A DNA stretch of 64,000 bases from Rotaria socialis (lineage: Eukaryota). The DNA is taken from positions 62,001 to 126,000 of the forward strand of contig CAJNYD010000459.1 of assembly GCA_905331295.1 (NCBI GenBank). The letters run 5' to 3'. The notes under the pieces are model-generated. The model was not told the DNA's origin and did not search any database. It saw nothing but the letters and a program-made list of their open reading frames with translations. A program made the position numbers and the translations under genes. Of this stretch, positions 63,399 through 64,000 are shown in pieces. Within the stretch, counting starts at the first letter, position 1. The number at the start of each line of letters is the position of its first letter.

Positions 63399-63850
63399 TT
63401 ATTCCCTCGACTGGAAGGAGGGTCATATGAAATAAAATGCGTTTGTTTGTTATCTTGCTTGCTTGGGGTTAAAAAAACATATATCAGAGATTTGCTTATT
63501 TTCAGAGTTTTCCCTGTTTTGACGGCATTTTGCCATAGGTTATCGAGGGCCCTGAATCCAAATCCGAAGCCCACTTCTTTGGCCGAGGTTTCATTGGTCG
63601 GGAAGTGACCAATCAGAAATGATTCTTCTCATTTAAGGCTTTTGGCCGTTTTCATCGAACTTTGCCATAGGTTATCGAGGGCCCTGAATCCGAAGCCCAC
63701 TTCTTTGGCTCAGGTTTCATTGGTCAGGAACTGACCAATCGAAAACGAACTTTGTTATTTTAAGGCTTTTCAAGGTTCTGATTGAACTTTGTTATTCCCT
63801 AGACTGAAGGGAGGGTCATAGGCACGCAAATGAGTGTGTCTGTCTGTCGA
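63399..63850 (+). repeat. Repeat cluster: two ~130-bp tandem units between two TTATTCCCT..GGAGGGTCATA motifs (possible Helentron/DINE-like element)
   Basis: TTGCCATAGGTTATCGAGGGCCCTGAATCC...TGACCAATC occurs at ~63530 and ~63662. The TTATTCCCT..GGAGGGTCATA motif occurs at 63399 and 63793, and the second is followed by GTCT repeats. Confidence 0.55.
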
Positions 63851-64000
63851 TGTATCAATGGCAGGTTGAAGGTCAAGGAATAGATAAAAATGTTAATAGA
63901 ATTTCTCGGTAGCTGCATTCAGTCAATCAGATGTTTTTGGGGTATTGGCTCTCAACGAATAAAATTTTGCGATGGCTTTTCTAGGTAGGGGAACGTCTTT

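Overview
AT-rich eukaryotic genomic DNA with 53-58 bp GT-AG introns, one N-gap (57270-57729) and two single-N joins (20137, 54131). The gene set and repeats (ART-TPR gene, intronless class A GPCR, GPR1/FUN34/YaaH transporter, TGTGGG-type motifs, minimal hammerheads) suggest a bdelloid rotifer; this is inference. The dominant feature is a minus-strand gene at 23367-53301. Three ORFs join through two phase-compatible GT-AG introns into about 9,676 aa. The protein has a HEAT-like N-terminus, six midasin/Rea1-type AAA+ modules, a long helical stalk, a possible C2-like domain, five tandem Ig/ASH-like domains, amphipathic helices, a hydrophobic hairpin, a Gly/Ser/Thr linker and three vWA domains. 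This differs strongly from canonical midasin and is the best candidate for an undescribed system. Other genes: a carboxylesterase and a small papain/C39-like peptidase next to tRNA-derived and hammerhead-like sequences. Pseudogenes: an SLC25 carrier, a PIF/Harbinger transposase and a Polyhomeotic-type SAM gene. Non-autonomous elements include hAT MITEs with 8-bp TSDs, foldback elements and a tRNA-derived SINE with a TSD. All domain calls come from motif reading by eye; no searches were run.
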